NCBI GenBank assembly: GCA_964187785.1
Contig: OZ076409.1
Location: forward strand, 98,334,001 to 98,394,000
Origin: Amphiscolops sp. MND2022
Lineage: Eukaryota
DNA: 60,000 bases
Direction of reading: 5' to 3'
Position numbers and translations under genes: made by a program. Of the stretch, positions 24,301 to 39,300 are shown in pieces. Below the pieces are notes generated by a model. It saw only the letters and a list, made by a program, of their open reading frames with translations, searched no databases and had not been told where the DNA came from. How positions within the stretch are numbered: the first letter of the stretch is position 1; every line of letters starts with the position of its first letter.

Positions 24301-27300
24301 ACTCAAGTTTTAATGATTGGTCACTTTTTGTGTCAGACCAATTTTTTAAAATCTCCAAAATTACAAATGCTTAGAAGCTAACATTTTCGTCGTTGAACTC
24401 TTTGCAAGAAACTCAATCTTATGGGTATAAAATAAATCAAAAAATAAAACAAATATAGGGCAAAATTTGGAAAAAAACACCGACTGAAAGAGGTTGATTT
24501 TTCTTCCTTTCACGTATATGAAAGATGGGCGGAAAATACTCAACTTTGAAATCGTCAAAAAACTTACACCTTAACTTTCGAACGAGATAAATGCCTAGAC
24601 CGGATCCGTTGAAAAAACTCGACTAACTAATACGTTGAAAAACTTGAGCAAAAATGATAAACTTGTCCAGTGTGACTAACTTCGTCGGGGCTGGATGCCT
24701 GGTAAGTGACTCCCCCGGCCAGAGACTGGTCCGCTTCGGCCAGACTGTCTCCCTCCGCGGCCTCGTTGTTCCTGCCCCCCTGGTTGGTGTCTCCCTGAGA
24801 GGGGTCTGTGTCTCCCACACTCTCGTACACCGGGGTGACGTTGTGGCAGATGGCCAGTGCCTTCACCGCCTCTATCAGCTTCTGACTCCCAGTTGAGGTC
24901 TTCTTCGCACCCCCCGAGCCAGAAGCGAACGCGTTCTCCACGTCCGATCGCACCTGGAACGGGAACGTTCATCTAGGCCCGAAAAACCGAGGAGGCCCAG
25001 AGTTGGTCATTTGTTTGTTTTTTTTTTATCAAATAAAACAAACAGACAGTTCTTTATGCAATTAAACATGTTTTTTTGTTTTGTAGTTTTTTTTATAAAA
25101 TTTCCACTTCAAACAAGAAAAACGTGTTTTATTGTTTCTTAATCTTTAATTACATTAAATGTAAATCAAAGAAAATTATTTCATGTTTAATTGGCGATAC
25201 AAAAAGCAGTGTTTGGCTGCCTTTTCGTTATCCAGTTGGCATCTCAGCTTTGAACGAATTGAACATAAACGATATATCACATTCAGAAAATAGGTGGTGA
25301 AAACAATCGAAAGTAAAAAATAAATTATCTTATTCAAATCTCAAAATGTTTAATAAAATGTTTTAAAACGTTTATTGGCGTGTTTTAAAACATTGTTTCA
25401 AAACAGGCCAACCCTGAGGAGGCCCCATAATGAAATGCAGGGTGCGGAAAAAAGTCAAAATTCAAGAAACTTGTCGTTTAAGACGTTTAAAACACTTTTT
25501 GCTTGTCGAAAACATGTCAAAAACGGAATTCATTCAAGAGTATTCATAACATTGATGAAGCAATCGAAAGCAAAAAGTCAGTTTATCCGCCTTTTCAATG
25601 GACAATCTGTTGCGTGTTTCATCGTGTATATAGTCCAGGCTGCTGAACATTCTTTCAATTGCAGCTGAAGTTTGTATGAGAGTAAATATTTCACCACACA
25701 CTCTTGATAACTCGGGGCACAAGTTACCGAAGAGCTCTTGTGACTTTACAAACTTGAGTCAATCACAATATGAAACAAGCTGGGAACGGCCCAAGTCGGC
25801 ACCATATCTAAGGCTCAAAAATAGCAAAAGGACTTCAAAGTATTCTCTTCTACAGTACCCGCACGAGAAAAAAATTGAAAAAATTTTCCAATTTTTTTTC
25901 GAAATTTTTATCGAAATTTCTTTTGGTCTCCTGTAAGTCGCATAGTGCCGAAAAATGTAAAAGGGGGCCCTTTGGGAGTTTTTGAACATCCATTCTTGTG
26001 CAAAATGGGAAAAATAAAGGGGGGACCCTTTGGAGACATTCAAAAAATTTGCGAAAAGTCTCACAAAGCCGAAAAAACCTGCACAAAAATTTTTTGGTCA
26101 TGGGCGGGACTCGAACCCGTCCTTCTGCTTGGCAGACCTCAAAAAAAATAGAAGCAGAAGAAGTGTGGCAGTTAGTGGAAGTCAGCTTACAAAGCTTATA
26201 AAATCTGCCACTTCGTTGGTCTTAAAAAAAAGAAAAGTCACTGCAATAGTCTGCGTTTTCTACGAAAAGCGCCGACTAAAAAGACAAAATAACATATTGC
26301 CACTTGTCGAAAACGTGTTTTAAAAATATTTAAAACATGTTTAAAACAGCCCCTGTTTGAAACATGCGAACCCTGATGAAATGTTATCTGAGGCCCTAAA
26401 AATCTTTTCTAGTAGGTATTAAGAAGACTAAATTGTTCGATTAAAAAATAATGAAGTTAGAAATTGAGGCATTATTGTTGTAGTTTCGATTCTAGATATG
26501 AACATTGAAGCACATTTGTGTTTACAGACCAAACAAACTCATAGGCCTTTGGGAGTTTTTGAACATCCATTCTTGTGCAAAATGGGAAAAATAAAGGGGG
26601 GACCCTTTGGAGACATTCAAAAAATTTGCGAAAAGTCTCACAAAGCCGAAAAAACCTGCACAAAAATTTTTTGGTCATGGGCGGGACTCGAACCCGTCCT
26701 TCTGCTTGGCAGACCTCAAAAAAAATAGAAGCAGAAGAAGTGTGACAGTTAGTGGAAGTCAGCTTACAAAGCTTATAAAATCTGTCACTTCGTTGGTCTT
26801 AAAAAAAAGAAAAGTCACTGCAATAGTCTGCGTTTTCTACGAAAAGCGCCGACTAAAAAGACAAAATAACATATTGCCACTTGTCGAAAACGTGTTTTAA
26901 AAATATTTAAAACATGTTTAAAACAGCCCCTGTTTGAAACATGCGAACCCTGATGAAATGTTATCTGAGGCCCTAAAAATCTTTTCTAGTAGGTATTAAG
27001 AAGACTAAATTGTTCGATTAAAAAATAATGAAGTTAGAAATTGAGGCATTATTGTTGTAGTTTCGATTCTAGATATGAACATTGAAGCACATTTGTGTTT
27101 ACAGACCAAACAAACTCATAGGGCCTCAGTTTCAATACTTTCTGCCTGCTAAAATTGGGTCTGATATACTACCCGTTCATATGGGTTATTGCCACAGTTT
27201 TGACACCGCTAATCAGCGAATTAGCGGCCGCGCAGAACTTTTTCAGCGATGACCCCCTTCTGACTCATTACACCATGTCCCTGCTTTTTTGTGTCCGTTC

Positions 27301-30300
27301 ACTATTAAAGCCCCCCCCTGTATTGAGTCTTTCCATCGAAAATTCACAAAAAATTTGAAGAAACTCCTCACTTTCTTTGCGGCAAAACTGAAAGCTAGAT
27401 CACCTTTGATTCCAAAAAAATCAAAACGCACAATTCTTTCGGTTTCAAAATAACGAGAGGAGCAGTCATTTGAATTTGCAGACTGAAGTGGAAATAAGGT
27501 TTCAAAGGTTGAGCAACTAACCTCATCGAAAGATTCGACGGTGAGTGACACGTTTCCAAGATGCAACTTCTTGAACACCATTTCATTCTGAGTGAGGGTT
27601 CCAGTCTGAAACAGCTAGACATCAAAGACTACAGCTACTTGGGGTTGGCAATGACTACTAATTAATTCACAAAACTAGTTTCTCTTCATGTTTGTTGAAA
27701 TTAAAACCAATTAAAAGCGTTATAAGTTTTTTGATATGATGAAATATTCCGTATCTCACAAATATGCTAGATTAAAACTACTTTTAAATTATTTTTAGAG
27801 CATATGTCTAGGCCTGTTATTCGGCAATTTTGCTAATACACCGATGGATGTAGCGATCGCTAACGCTGTTTAACCCCTCGGCTGACCTTGCTTATTTTTA
27901 AAGATTTAATTTTGTAAACGGTTCCGTTCTTTTTGCATCAGTAGATGAATAGAATAGACGAGGAGGCGGGGAGGTGGTCAAGAGAGTGACGTCACAAACC
28001 CACCCAGCGTACCGTGTGTCACCCTGTACCCTGTGCTCACCTTGTCACTTAGCAGGTAGCTGATGCGGCCCAGTTCCTCGGGGATGGTGGTGCTTCTCAC
28101 CACCGTCTCTGGGATGTGTCTGTCGGACTGGATGAACCACGCGTACACCAGCTTCCCCATGTCCAGATTCACCCGCAAACTGCCCAACAAACAACCCCAG
28201 TCAACTTCCATACATTCTCTGCAAGAATCTGTCAGATCTCACTTCCTCCAAGATCTTGAACGACAATGCATTATTCTTGGAAGATTTTGGAAGAATCTGT
28301 CAGATTTCACTTCCTCCAAGATCTTGAACGACAATGCATTATTCTTGGAAGATTTTGGAAGAATCTGTCAGATTTCACTCACAAGATCTTAGAAGACAAT
28401 GCATTATTCTTGCAGGTATCTTGGAAGATCTTGGAAAAAAATGTCTGATTTTGAAACTGACTTGGATGAAGAATATGGTTTTAAAATGTAACACACACAC
28501 ATACAGTCCAAGTACATTATTAGTTTCCGCCCATATTCCATGTTAAAGGAGAGTATTTAAGCCACGTTTTTTCTTAAAAATTGCCATTTTCCAAACTTAT
28601 TCCCGAAATGACGGGGGGGTTCACCCATCGCGCTTCACAACTTAGTTTCGAGCGATATGTATTGCTGATTATTGATATTTATTATTGATAATATTGATAT
28701 TTGTTCATTTTTGGACTTTTTTGTTGACCCCAAAATTGGTCAAAAATTCCAATTTTCAACGTTTTTATGCAGTTTTTGTGAAAAAATTTCGATAGATTTT
28801 GTGGGTTAGAACGTTAAATACGTTCAAAAACGAACGAACGCGTTGTCCGGTAATCTTTTTTGGAGATAAAAGCAGCTTCTTGTCATCATTATCAAAACAT
28901 ACCAATACAGTACATGACTGGACTCCGTATAGCTCAGTAGGCACAGAAGCGAAACGAGCCATTAATTGATTGAACAACGATTGGTTTTGACGAAAACTTA
29001 CCAGGAGGTACACAAACACCCCCGAATCAAATTGAATTGTTCAATGTATGTTTCCGGTCATAACTGAATAATATCGAAAATATAACGGTAAAAGTAGACG
29101 AGTAAAATATTTAAGTGAAAAGTGTGAACGGTTGAAATTGCACGCATCAAAAGTTTCAAGACGGAATGTCCTAATTAGAGGTGGGCTATGAATTGGACTA
29201 TTGATTGTAAAAACTGATTTGGACTGAAAATAAATTAGCTCGAAACCAGAGTGATTCTGGAGGAAATCAAAAACGCTTGATCAAATGTTATTAAATTTGT
29301 GAAAACACTTCAGAATCAGTTTTGCAAACAATTTTAGAGCTTTGTAATGTCACTTTCAACAACTTGTATTTACTACTAAATTTTGATCTAGGAGCAAATT
29401 TTTGCAAAATTAGATGTCCCACGGACGCAGTACGTGAACAATTTTTGTTATCGACTTATTGTTTTCACGCCGGCGACACCGCCGCCACCGATCGATTTTT
29501 GACCTCACGCCGCCGCCGAAAAAATGGTAACGGCGCCCACCTCTAGTCCTAATATAGTGGATAACAACTGTATAGGGCCGAATTGAATCAAGTTTGAATC
29601 AGTGCATTGTACAAGATATACGATTATACGAAAACCACAATTTTTTATACGAATTACATGTTATACGAAGATGCCATTATACGAGTTATACGGAGAATCG
29701 TTTTTCAGTCTTTTTGCGTCGATTTTCCCGTAACGGGCTAAGGAAGTTTTTGGAAATAATGAAATTTTCGTGATGAATTTCAACTGAAGTGCATCCTAAA
29801 ATGGTAATAGGCTATGTGAGATTTGGAACGGGGGCTATTGCATTCCCCTTTTATGAAGCAATGAACACTTTCCGAGTGAAAAGAAAAATGGTCCAATTAT
29901 TGTGCTTCATGCCTTTATACGATATCGTTCGATTATACGATTATGTTCGATTATACGTTATAAGAGGAACTCAGTATACGACAATACACTGGTTTGAATT
30001 TAGAGCCTAAATTGGACCCTGGACCAGTTGAGACTAATTAGACACATGTGCCTCTTCCTCCTCCTCACCTGATGGGAATAATGGCAGACAGCAGAATCAT
30101 GAATCGGATGAGGTAAGTGAACCAACGTCCTTCGAAGCCCTGAAACAATTCACTCCCCATTATAATTCATTTGAAAGTACTTTTGGTTCCCTTCATATAC
30201 CAACCAGTGATCTACATTTGAACCATTTGTTTAACCATTGGCTTTAAAAATGGTTTGTTGACCGTTTTTACCAGATTCGGTTTTAAAATTTTTCAATCGG

Positions 30301-33300
30301 TTGTTGTTAAAAAATCTGTTAAAAACATTTAACACAACATCGCTGATACCAACTAACTACTGGATCATTGCAAAATCAACAGCCAATTTCTAAACAGCCT
30401 ATTCAGAATACAACACAACACGTCATAAGCTTTCACATAAGGTAGAAAAACACACTGCAGAAATGAACAGACTTCATTTTAGAGACCAAATGTACCGCCT
30501 TTAATTTTTTTCATGAATTTCTAGTCAAATTACAGCAACATTCACAAACCGTGTTTCCTAGAGACACATCAGCAGAACACACCGTGAAAATGAGCAGCAC
30601 AATTTAAATAGAAGCCGCATAAATGAAAAAAGACGCCGCACAAATGAAAAGCCACATAAATATGAAACAAGCCGAGAACGGCCAAAGTCGGCGCCATATC
30701 TAAGGCTCAAAATTTAAAAGGGGGACCCTTCGGGCTTTGTGAAACTCCAGCTGGTTGCAAAAAATTTTAAAAATTGAAGGGGGGACCCTATTGAGACATG
30801 AAAAAATTTTTTTAATGAGATTTTTGAAGTGTCACAGTGCCGAAAAATGTAAAAGGGGGGCCCTTTGCGATTTTTTGACATCCATTGTGTTGCAAAACAT
30901 CAAGAAAAATTGAAGGGGGGACCCTTTGGGGAAAAAATTTCAATCCAAAAAGTTTCAAAAAGTCGCATAGTTCCGAAAAGTGGGGGGATCCTTAGTGTGA
31001 TTTCGAGGTTGTGGACGTCTGTTTTTTTTTCGTTTTGGACGCGCTTCTGAGGTTGGAGTTGTTGAGGTTTGAAGTTGTTGAGGTTTGAGGTTGTTGAACA
31101 AATGAACAAAAAAGTGGACCTTTCGTGTCTAAAAAAAACTACCCACTGTAATAGTCGGGCATATTTTCTACTAAAATGCGCCGACTAAAAAGACGCCGCA
31201 TGATTCAAATAGAAACCACATAAATGAAGAAAACAGCTGCATAAATGAAATAAGCCGAATAAATGAAAAAAGACGCCGCACCATTCAAATAGAAGCTGCA
31301 TAAATGAAAAAAGAAGCCACATAAATAAAGAAAAGCCGAATAAAATGATGACCGTAAAAATTTCGAAAAAAAACTGATAATGAGAATTTTGAACAGTTTC
31401 ATAGTGCCGAAAAACGCATCAGTCTCATGAAGCGCCGACTAAAAAGCGGCATAAATGAAGAAAGAAGCCGCACAATTCAAATAGAAGCCGCACAATTCAA
31501 ATAGAAGCCGCACAATTCAAATAGAAGCCGCACAATTCAAATAGAAGAAGTGAGGTACCTTGAGTATCATGAGTGAGAGGGTGAGGCCGAGGAGGAAGAG
31601 GAAGAGCAGTTTGGTGAGGAAGTTGACCTCCATGTCGAGCAGGCCGATCTTGCTGGAGGGCTGGCTCGTGTTCATCACACTGCGCGTGTCCTGCCCCGTG
31701 TACACCACCACCCCCACCGCAGACCCACTCGCCAGCACCGTCGTGCTCCACATCGTGTTCTCGATGCTACATTGCAAAAAAACAGAACGCTTTTGTTTGA
31801 AAGTTCAATTTCATTGGATATTAACAGCAGTGTATTGTTACAAGTACATGTACATGTAAGGAATACACGTGTATATAGCATGCACATACAAGACAAGCGG
31901 ACAGGAGGTGGTGCAGCAGGCCGACTCGCCATCAAATCGACGCGTCAACAATCCGACAGTAGATATAATAGCTAGTGAAAACAACTGCGCAATTCATTCA
32001 AGTTTAACTTCAAACTTGGAATGAACACTTTTGACTTTTGGACCAATTAGATCATTCGTGTCGGCTTGCTGCGCGCGTCCCAAGCGGACAAGGCTATGTG
32101 GCGCCAATACATGTAATACAAGCGCGATCTGAACAGCTCGACTATTTTTAGTCGGCGCATTTTAGAAGAAAATGAGCCCGACTATTACAGTGGCAAGTTT
32201 TTTTTTTTTCGTCAGACCACAGAATGTATGCGTAGTGGACACTTTTTACAGAACTACTAAAAGTACTGCACCGGCAAGCGGAATCATATCTGAGTTACTG
32301 CAAAGGGTCCCCCCTTTCGTGTACTCAATTTTTAACGTAAGATACAAAACCGGACGGAACTACAGGGTCCCCCCTTTGAATTTTTTTCGGCACTGTGCGA
32401 CTTTTTTTTCGAATTTTCTTTTGTCGCCAAACGGTCCCCCTTCAAGTTTTTTGATATTTTGCAGCAAACTGAAGTTTCAAAAAGCCCAAAGGGTCTCCCC
32501 TTTCAAATTTTTGGCACTATGAGACTTTCAAAATTCTCATTTTTTTTCGAAAATTTCTACAAAAAAATTTTCGAATTTTTTTAAATGTCTCCAAAGGCCC
32601 TCCTTCATTTTTTTTGATATTTTGCAACAAACTGGATTTTCGGAAAGCCGAAATCGTCCCCCCTTTTACAATTTTAAAAACTTTGCGCTTTTTGAGCCTT
32701 AGATATAGCGCCGACTTTAGACGTTCCCGTCTTGTTTTACTTTCTGTGACCTTCGGACCTTTACATGGTAAATTTCATTCAAAGTAATACACTGATTAAA
32801 AGCAAAACATCAAGTAATGAATCGCTTTATACATGAAATATTCAATAAGGATGAAAAAGGAGCTTAGTAGCTCTTCCAGTTCTCACCACGGAGAATCAAC
32901 TAAAAGGCACACTTTTCCGAGACATCGAATCATAGAACAAGGAGACACTTTGAAAAAAGTTTGAAAAGTTGATAAATGTCAACGATGTAGAATCTTTCTA
33001 GTTTTCTAATATAGCTATGTATTTGTGATTTGCTCTTCAAATGCATGTCACAGGGTAAAAGTTTGAATTGACTTAACCAATTGTACCTTTCGCAAAGTGC
33101 ATTTTGAAGGCATTTTCTTTTAATTAACGTACGTCCTTTAGCCAGTGGTAATGAATAATTCCTCTGAAACCGCGTGGTTATGTCCTTGTGGTTATGTTTT
33201 GACATTGCTAATCCCTAAACCGTTAATTTCAAAATCGCTATTTCGCTGAAAACTAGCTTTCTTCGAACTTAAATCTCAAGCTTATACTCACTGCCGAACA

Positions 33301-36300
33301 GAATGAATGCCTGATTTTTTTCAGTTGGTACTCGGAAAACGAATAAACTCGATTAAAAAACACTTCCGGTGTCTATATTATTCCTGCTATCGCGAAATAA
33401 CCAGAGCCGCATGTGCGGTGGTAAAGGAGTCGGATTAGGACTTTTTCCTTTTGACTCGCTCGAATCCCAGTCATGCGATTCTGATGAAATTGCACATATT
33501 AAGCCCTTATATGGTGTAGAAAGACTCCATGAAAGTTCCTTCAAACCGTGAAGAGTATTTGAGAAAATCAAATGTCCAAAAATGGCCGATTTTTGGTCAT
33601 TTTTGGACTAATTTGACTTTGCTTCTCAGATCAATGAAAAGTCGGGAGAAAAAGGTACGATTGCATGATTTTTGCGTACGATTGCAAATTTTTTCCGACT
33701 CCTAATAAAAATATGTATCGAATATTATTGCACCCCTGAGAGGAATAGACACACCCCATTAACGTTTTTAACCATTAACCAATCTGTTAAACAGCTTTGG
33801 TTTAAAAAACCTAGTTTTAACCAGTTCTAAAAATGAAATTTTGGTCATTTCTGTGCTTCAAATGATTTAGGAGTTCAATAAGGCTAGGCTGTCATGCCTA
33901 GTTTCGGCACCTTTTCTGAATTCCCAACCACCTTTTCTGAATTCCCAATTCCGATTGTGTTTTCAAGAACTTTGAGGAAATGGCCACAAAAGTAAACCCT
34001 AATGCGCCGCAAAAAATTTTTAAAAAATTGGATAAGTTCAGATTCATGACGAAAATTGGTTCAACAGATTCAGTTTTAAAATTTTTCAATCAGTTATTCA
34101 ACACAACATCACGGATACCAACTGACAACTGGATCTTTGTACCTGAGAGGGATTTCCTCCTTGCCCTGGTGCCCGTTGATGGTGAAGGTGCCGATGAAGG
34201 AGTGGATGTCCATATGGGGCTTGTCTGCGTAGATGAAGGCGTTGACCGAGAAGAGGTCGTGTTCGCTGGGCATGGTCTGGGTGGCGGGCACGGCCACACG
34301 CAGCTTCCAGTCTGTCTCCCCGTCCAGCTGGTCTGTCCGGATGAAGCACGTCCCACTGCTCTCCGAGGTACGCAGGAGCACCATGTCCGCCGGAATCCTG
34401 AAAAAGAGGGACAATTTGGACCTTTTAAAAATCCAGTTTAATGCAAAATATCAAAAAATTGAAGGGGGACTGTTTGAAGACATAAGAAAATTTTCGGAAA
34501 GAAACGAAAATTGAGAATTTTGAGTAGTCTCATAGTGCCGAAAAATGTAAAAGGGGACCCTTTGGGCTTTTCAACATCCATTCAGTCGCAAAATATCAAA
34601 AAAAATTGAAGGTGGCCCTTTGGAGACATTGAAAAATTTTCGAAAAAAGTCTCACAAAGTCGAAAAAGGGGGGCCGGGAAAGTCTCATAGTGTCGAAAAA
34701 TTGGAAAAGGTGGCCCTTCTGCTTTGCAATTTTGTATTTCATGTTAGAGGCTTTGGATGAGTTCAAAACCAAGTACTGAGTACTTATGGTAAAAGTGCAT
34801 AATGCACAAAAAGTGGTACATACAGGGTGAGCTCTTTGGTCTGACAGAAAAAAATTAAAAAACTAGCCACTGTAATACTCGGACACTTTTCACTAGAGAC
34901 GCGCCGACTAAAAAATTCCCGTAAAGTTGACCTAAAACGATATGCCGCTTCAAAATATCTAATCTAGAGGTACAACGCTTGTATACGTATTGGAGACTTC
35001 CTAATTGTTGAAAACTGTCAGAAGATTTACATCAAACACTGCAAACATGACCAGTTTCAAAATGGATACAACTAACCATGTTGTACCATACTGTAATAAA
35101 TGAATTGTAAAAAATGAGTTGGAGTGAAAACCAATTAGCTCCAAACACGAGTAATTTTGAAGGAAATTCTGAAATTCCTGAACAAACATTCAATGGAATC
35201 AAATTATACAGGATCGAAAATGTTTCAAATTTGTAGAAAATATTTTGAGGGCGATCTCTGACCACGCGTCTTGAAGATAATAAGATTCCCTTGTAAATTT
35301 TCTTTGAAGATAACTGCTTTTGCAAATAAGAGTCCTTTTACGTAACATAGAAACAAAGGGGCTATCAATTCATTACGCTCAATCCAATTAAATATCAAAA
35401 AGGGTTTGTACACTTCAGGTACAGAACATCCTCGTCTAACTTATTTTTTTGAACAAACTTGTTGTGAACATAAACGTAGAAGATAGTTCCTTTTTTGTCG
35501 CCTTCAATGGTGAAATACATTTCAACAAGCGGTTTGGGTGTGGTTACACTAAGCAATGGTCGATGATTTGTAATGTAAAGATACAATTATCAGATTAGTT
35601 ACGTGTTTCTTACTTTCACACCTAGCATAATGAAATAACAAAAGCTAAAACATTGAAACTAATAACGCACATGCAATTTTCCCAACCCTCATCTACAACA
35701 CGTTTAATTACTAGATTGATACTCTATTCTAGAAAAACTAAATTTGCTTTCCATTCATCAAAATTCGACTCTAAATAATTCGATACTATTTAATTGAGCT
35801 TCGCTTTTCGATTCTGGATAATTCGATTCTAGACAGGCTACTCCATTCAATTACCGAAGGCACTTCATAATCAGTTTTGCAAACAATTTCGTAACGTGCT
35901 AGTATAACTTTTTAAACTTAGAATTAGATCTTGAAACTTTCAAACAAAAATGTTTCTAATCAGCATGAAAAATTGACAAACTTTCAGTTTTACAGTTTTC
36001 GAAAATACCATTTTGTTCAGTAGATTTTGATCTCCCTTTCCGAGTCCAATTCATTTATTACAGTATTGTACCAGTGCCGAAGAAAAGAGAATTTTCAGAC
36101 CGAAGAGAATCGGTCTCTTTTCTGTCCACCCTCCCCCATCCCCAAAATTTTCCAAAGTAAATTTCCTTAAAAACTTTACACTAGCTTAATTAAAAGTAAA
36201 ACCTTCTTTCATAACAGGAAGTTAACGTCCATGCGAACAGTTTTTTGCTTGAACAAAAGATTTTTCACACATTTTGACTACAATTATGGCCGAAATAACT

Positions 36301-39300
36301 GTTTTTTGACTCAAAACAGGAAGCTGTTGATTTCTTCATCAAAAATGCGTGACTTTATAAACAAATTAATATGAACAAAGTTTGTCTCTCGATTCTAAAC
36401 TGTCACCCTGAGAATACACTGAAAATTGAAGGTTTCTGGTTTGTATTCAAGTCTTTGTGTTATAATATTATCAGTAATTTTTCGTAAAGAAAATTGCGGT
36501 GGGGGACAGAAAAAAGCGCAGCGAGAATTGTTAGAAGAGGCGCAGTGGTAACCTCTGATTTTTGTCGAGAAGAATGATGTCTGAGACTTGTATGTCTGAG
36601 CTGGGTATCCTGACGACGCCCTCGTTGGTGAGTTTCTTGTACATGGTGGAGTTCACCTCCTTGTCCCTCATGAACCTCCGGAAGTCGTCGATCGCTTCTC
36701 TGATCATCGTCACCAGCAGCACAAACGACTGCAGCACAACAAAGAAACAGACAATCACAACAGTCGTCATTCTAACTTGTATGTACCTACCTAACTTTTA
36801 GCTACTTCTTCAGCCTTTTTAGTCGGCGCTTTTCTTGAGAAAAGAGTCGACTATAGTCATGGCTTTTTGTCAGTGTTTTTTTCGATACACTTGAAGACAC
36901 CAAAATAGTTTTACCAAAAGTTCTACAAAATTTTCAGGTGTCGTCAAAATGTAGTTGTTGGCCCAGGGAACTGAACCAAAAAGGTTTTTCTTTTTTTCCG
37001 CGTGACATACAATACCGGGCGAGACTAAAGGGTCCACCTTTTAGTTTTTTTTCGGCATTGTGGGGCATTTTTTTGACAAAAAATCCCCGAAGGGCCCCTT
37101 CAATTTTTTTGTAGTTTGCTTCAGAATGGATGTTGGAAAAATCCCAAAACCTCGCCCTTCTAGTTTTTTTCGGCATTGTGAGACTTATTTTAAAAAATTT
37201 CATCAAATGGTCCCCAACTGTGGCACTTTGAAGTCCTTTTGCTATTTTTGAGCCTTTGATTTGGCGCCGACTTGGGCCGGTCGTTAAAGTAATAAAAAGA
37301 CTGCGCGTACCGAAACCGGGATTTGGTGTAGAGAGAGGGAAGATTTTGTGCACTTATTTCAAAGAGGGTGTGTCAGTAAAAAGAGTTTGGGTGTCAGTAC
37401 TCAACAATCACAACAGTCATTTGTATGTACCAGAATTTTGACACCACTAATCAGCGATTTTGCGAAGCGGCCGCGCAGAATTTGTTCAGCGATTCTATTA
37501 GCGATTCAAATTAGCGGTGGCATCCAATAGATTGTCCAACATCAAAATTTCCACGGAAAAAACTAGGACTTTCTAAATGAATTTCGAAAAATACCAACTC
37601 TTCACTGTAAAACTCACACAGTATGAGAAATTCTAGTCCTTTTCTTGCAAAAATTGAATCTAGTTATTAATTGAATTTTGAAACATACTTGAATTCAAAC
37701 ATTTGATAATTTGATGAATTTTTTGGCGAAGCAGCGATTTTGAAATTAGCGCTTTAGCGAAAAAAATTAGCCACGTCGAAACTCTGGTATGTACCTGCCC
37801 AACTGTGTGTCAACGTTACTGAACAATTGGCACAGTACGCAACTCTGATAATCCTGTTTGCCAAGGGGAGAAGTGGTGTCCAAAGTCAAGAAAAGCACGC
37901 TATATCTGACTTTTTGACGGTATATCCGAAGTAAATTGTGTTTTACTAAGCAGGAGGCCGAGGATCTCGATAATAATGCGCTATATCCAAATTTTTGACG
38001 CTTTGAAGTACTTTGGCTATTTTTAGTCGGCGCTTTTCTTTAGAAAAGAGTCGACTATAGTCATGGCTTTTCGTCAGTGTTTTTTTGAAGACCACCTGAA
38101 CTGACCAAAATAGTTCTACAAAAGTTCTACAAAATATTATTGCACCAAATTGCACCATTTGGCCTAGCGAACTGAACCAAAAAGGTTTTCCTGTTTTCCC
38201 GCGTAACATACCATACCGGGCGAGACCAAAGGGTCCCTCCTTTCAGTTTTTTTTCGGCATTGAGACTTTTTTCCGAAAAAAAATTCCCAAAGGGTCCCCC
38301 CTTCAATTTTTTGCTGTTTTGTGACAGAATGGATGTTGGAAAATCCCAAAGGACCCCCCCTTTCAGTTTTTTTCGGCATTATGAGACTTTTTTTCCAAAA
38401 AATTTTTTTCATAAAAGGGTCCCCAACTCACCAATACTTTGACATACTGAAGTCCTTTTGCTATTTTTGAGCCTTAGATATGGCGCCGACTTGAGCCGTT
38501 CCCGGCTTGCTGAGCTTTAAATCTGAATAGCCTAGCGGTACTTTAAAGCACCCTACCTTTTTTCCACTTCTGATCCGTTTTGCCAGTAGCCCATAATTTC
38601 CAGCACATTTTTATTCAACAATTTCTTGGGACCGTGTTTGGTCTGAACGGTACAAGCATTAGCAAAATTTTCTCCAGAGCTGCGAAAAATGGGTTTTTCT
38701 CGCAAAAAAAGGTTATACCTTTCCAAAACATTGGCGCATGAAGAAAAGCAACCAAATACCCTTCCACGACAAGACCTCGTGCAGTAAAACCAAATGGTAT
38801 GCTGTTGTTACTACAAGCCCCCGCGCGGAGCAGCGGTACCGAAAAAAAACTAAACTTCTGAAGTACCAGGCCTTTCAATGGCGCTATAGTTCATTTCTCT
38901 GGTATGCGTAGTTGAGGAGATATTAATGATTGAAAATTTTTAGTCCGACTTTTCGAAAATTTGCAAAAACGCCAGGGTCAATTAGGGTTAGGAGGGGCGC
39001 CGACTTGAGACGTTCCCGGCTTGTCCTTCAATAATAATAATAATAACTAATGAGGTGGGGGTGGTGTTACTACTAACCAGAGGTCCCCAGTAGGTGAACA
39101 TGTAGTTGACCTGAAGTTCGGGCACAAACTGGGTCAGCGCCGTGATGAGGAAGTACAAGTTGAGGAAAAACTTGAACTGCTCGTACAAAACCTAAACACA
39201 CCAGATGATAAACTGGTTGATATTAATTAATCTGCTTGTCGTGAAATGAGGGTCTCAGATACATACGAATTAACCGACGATCCGAATTGTCGGATCCCAA

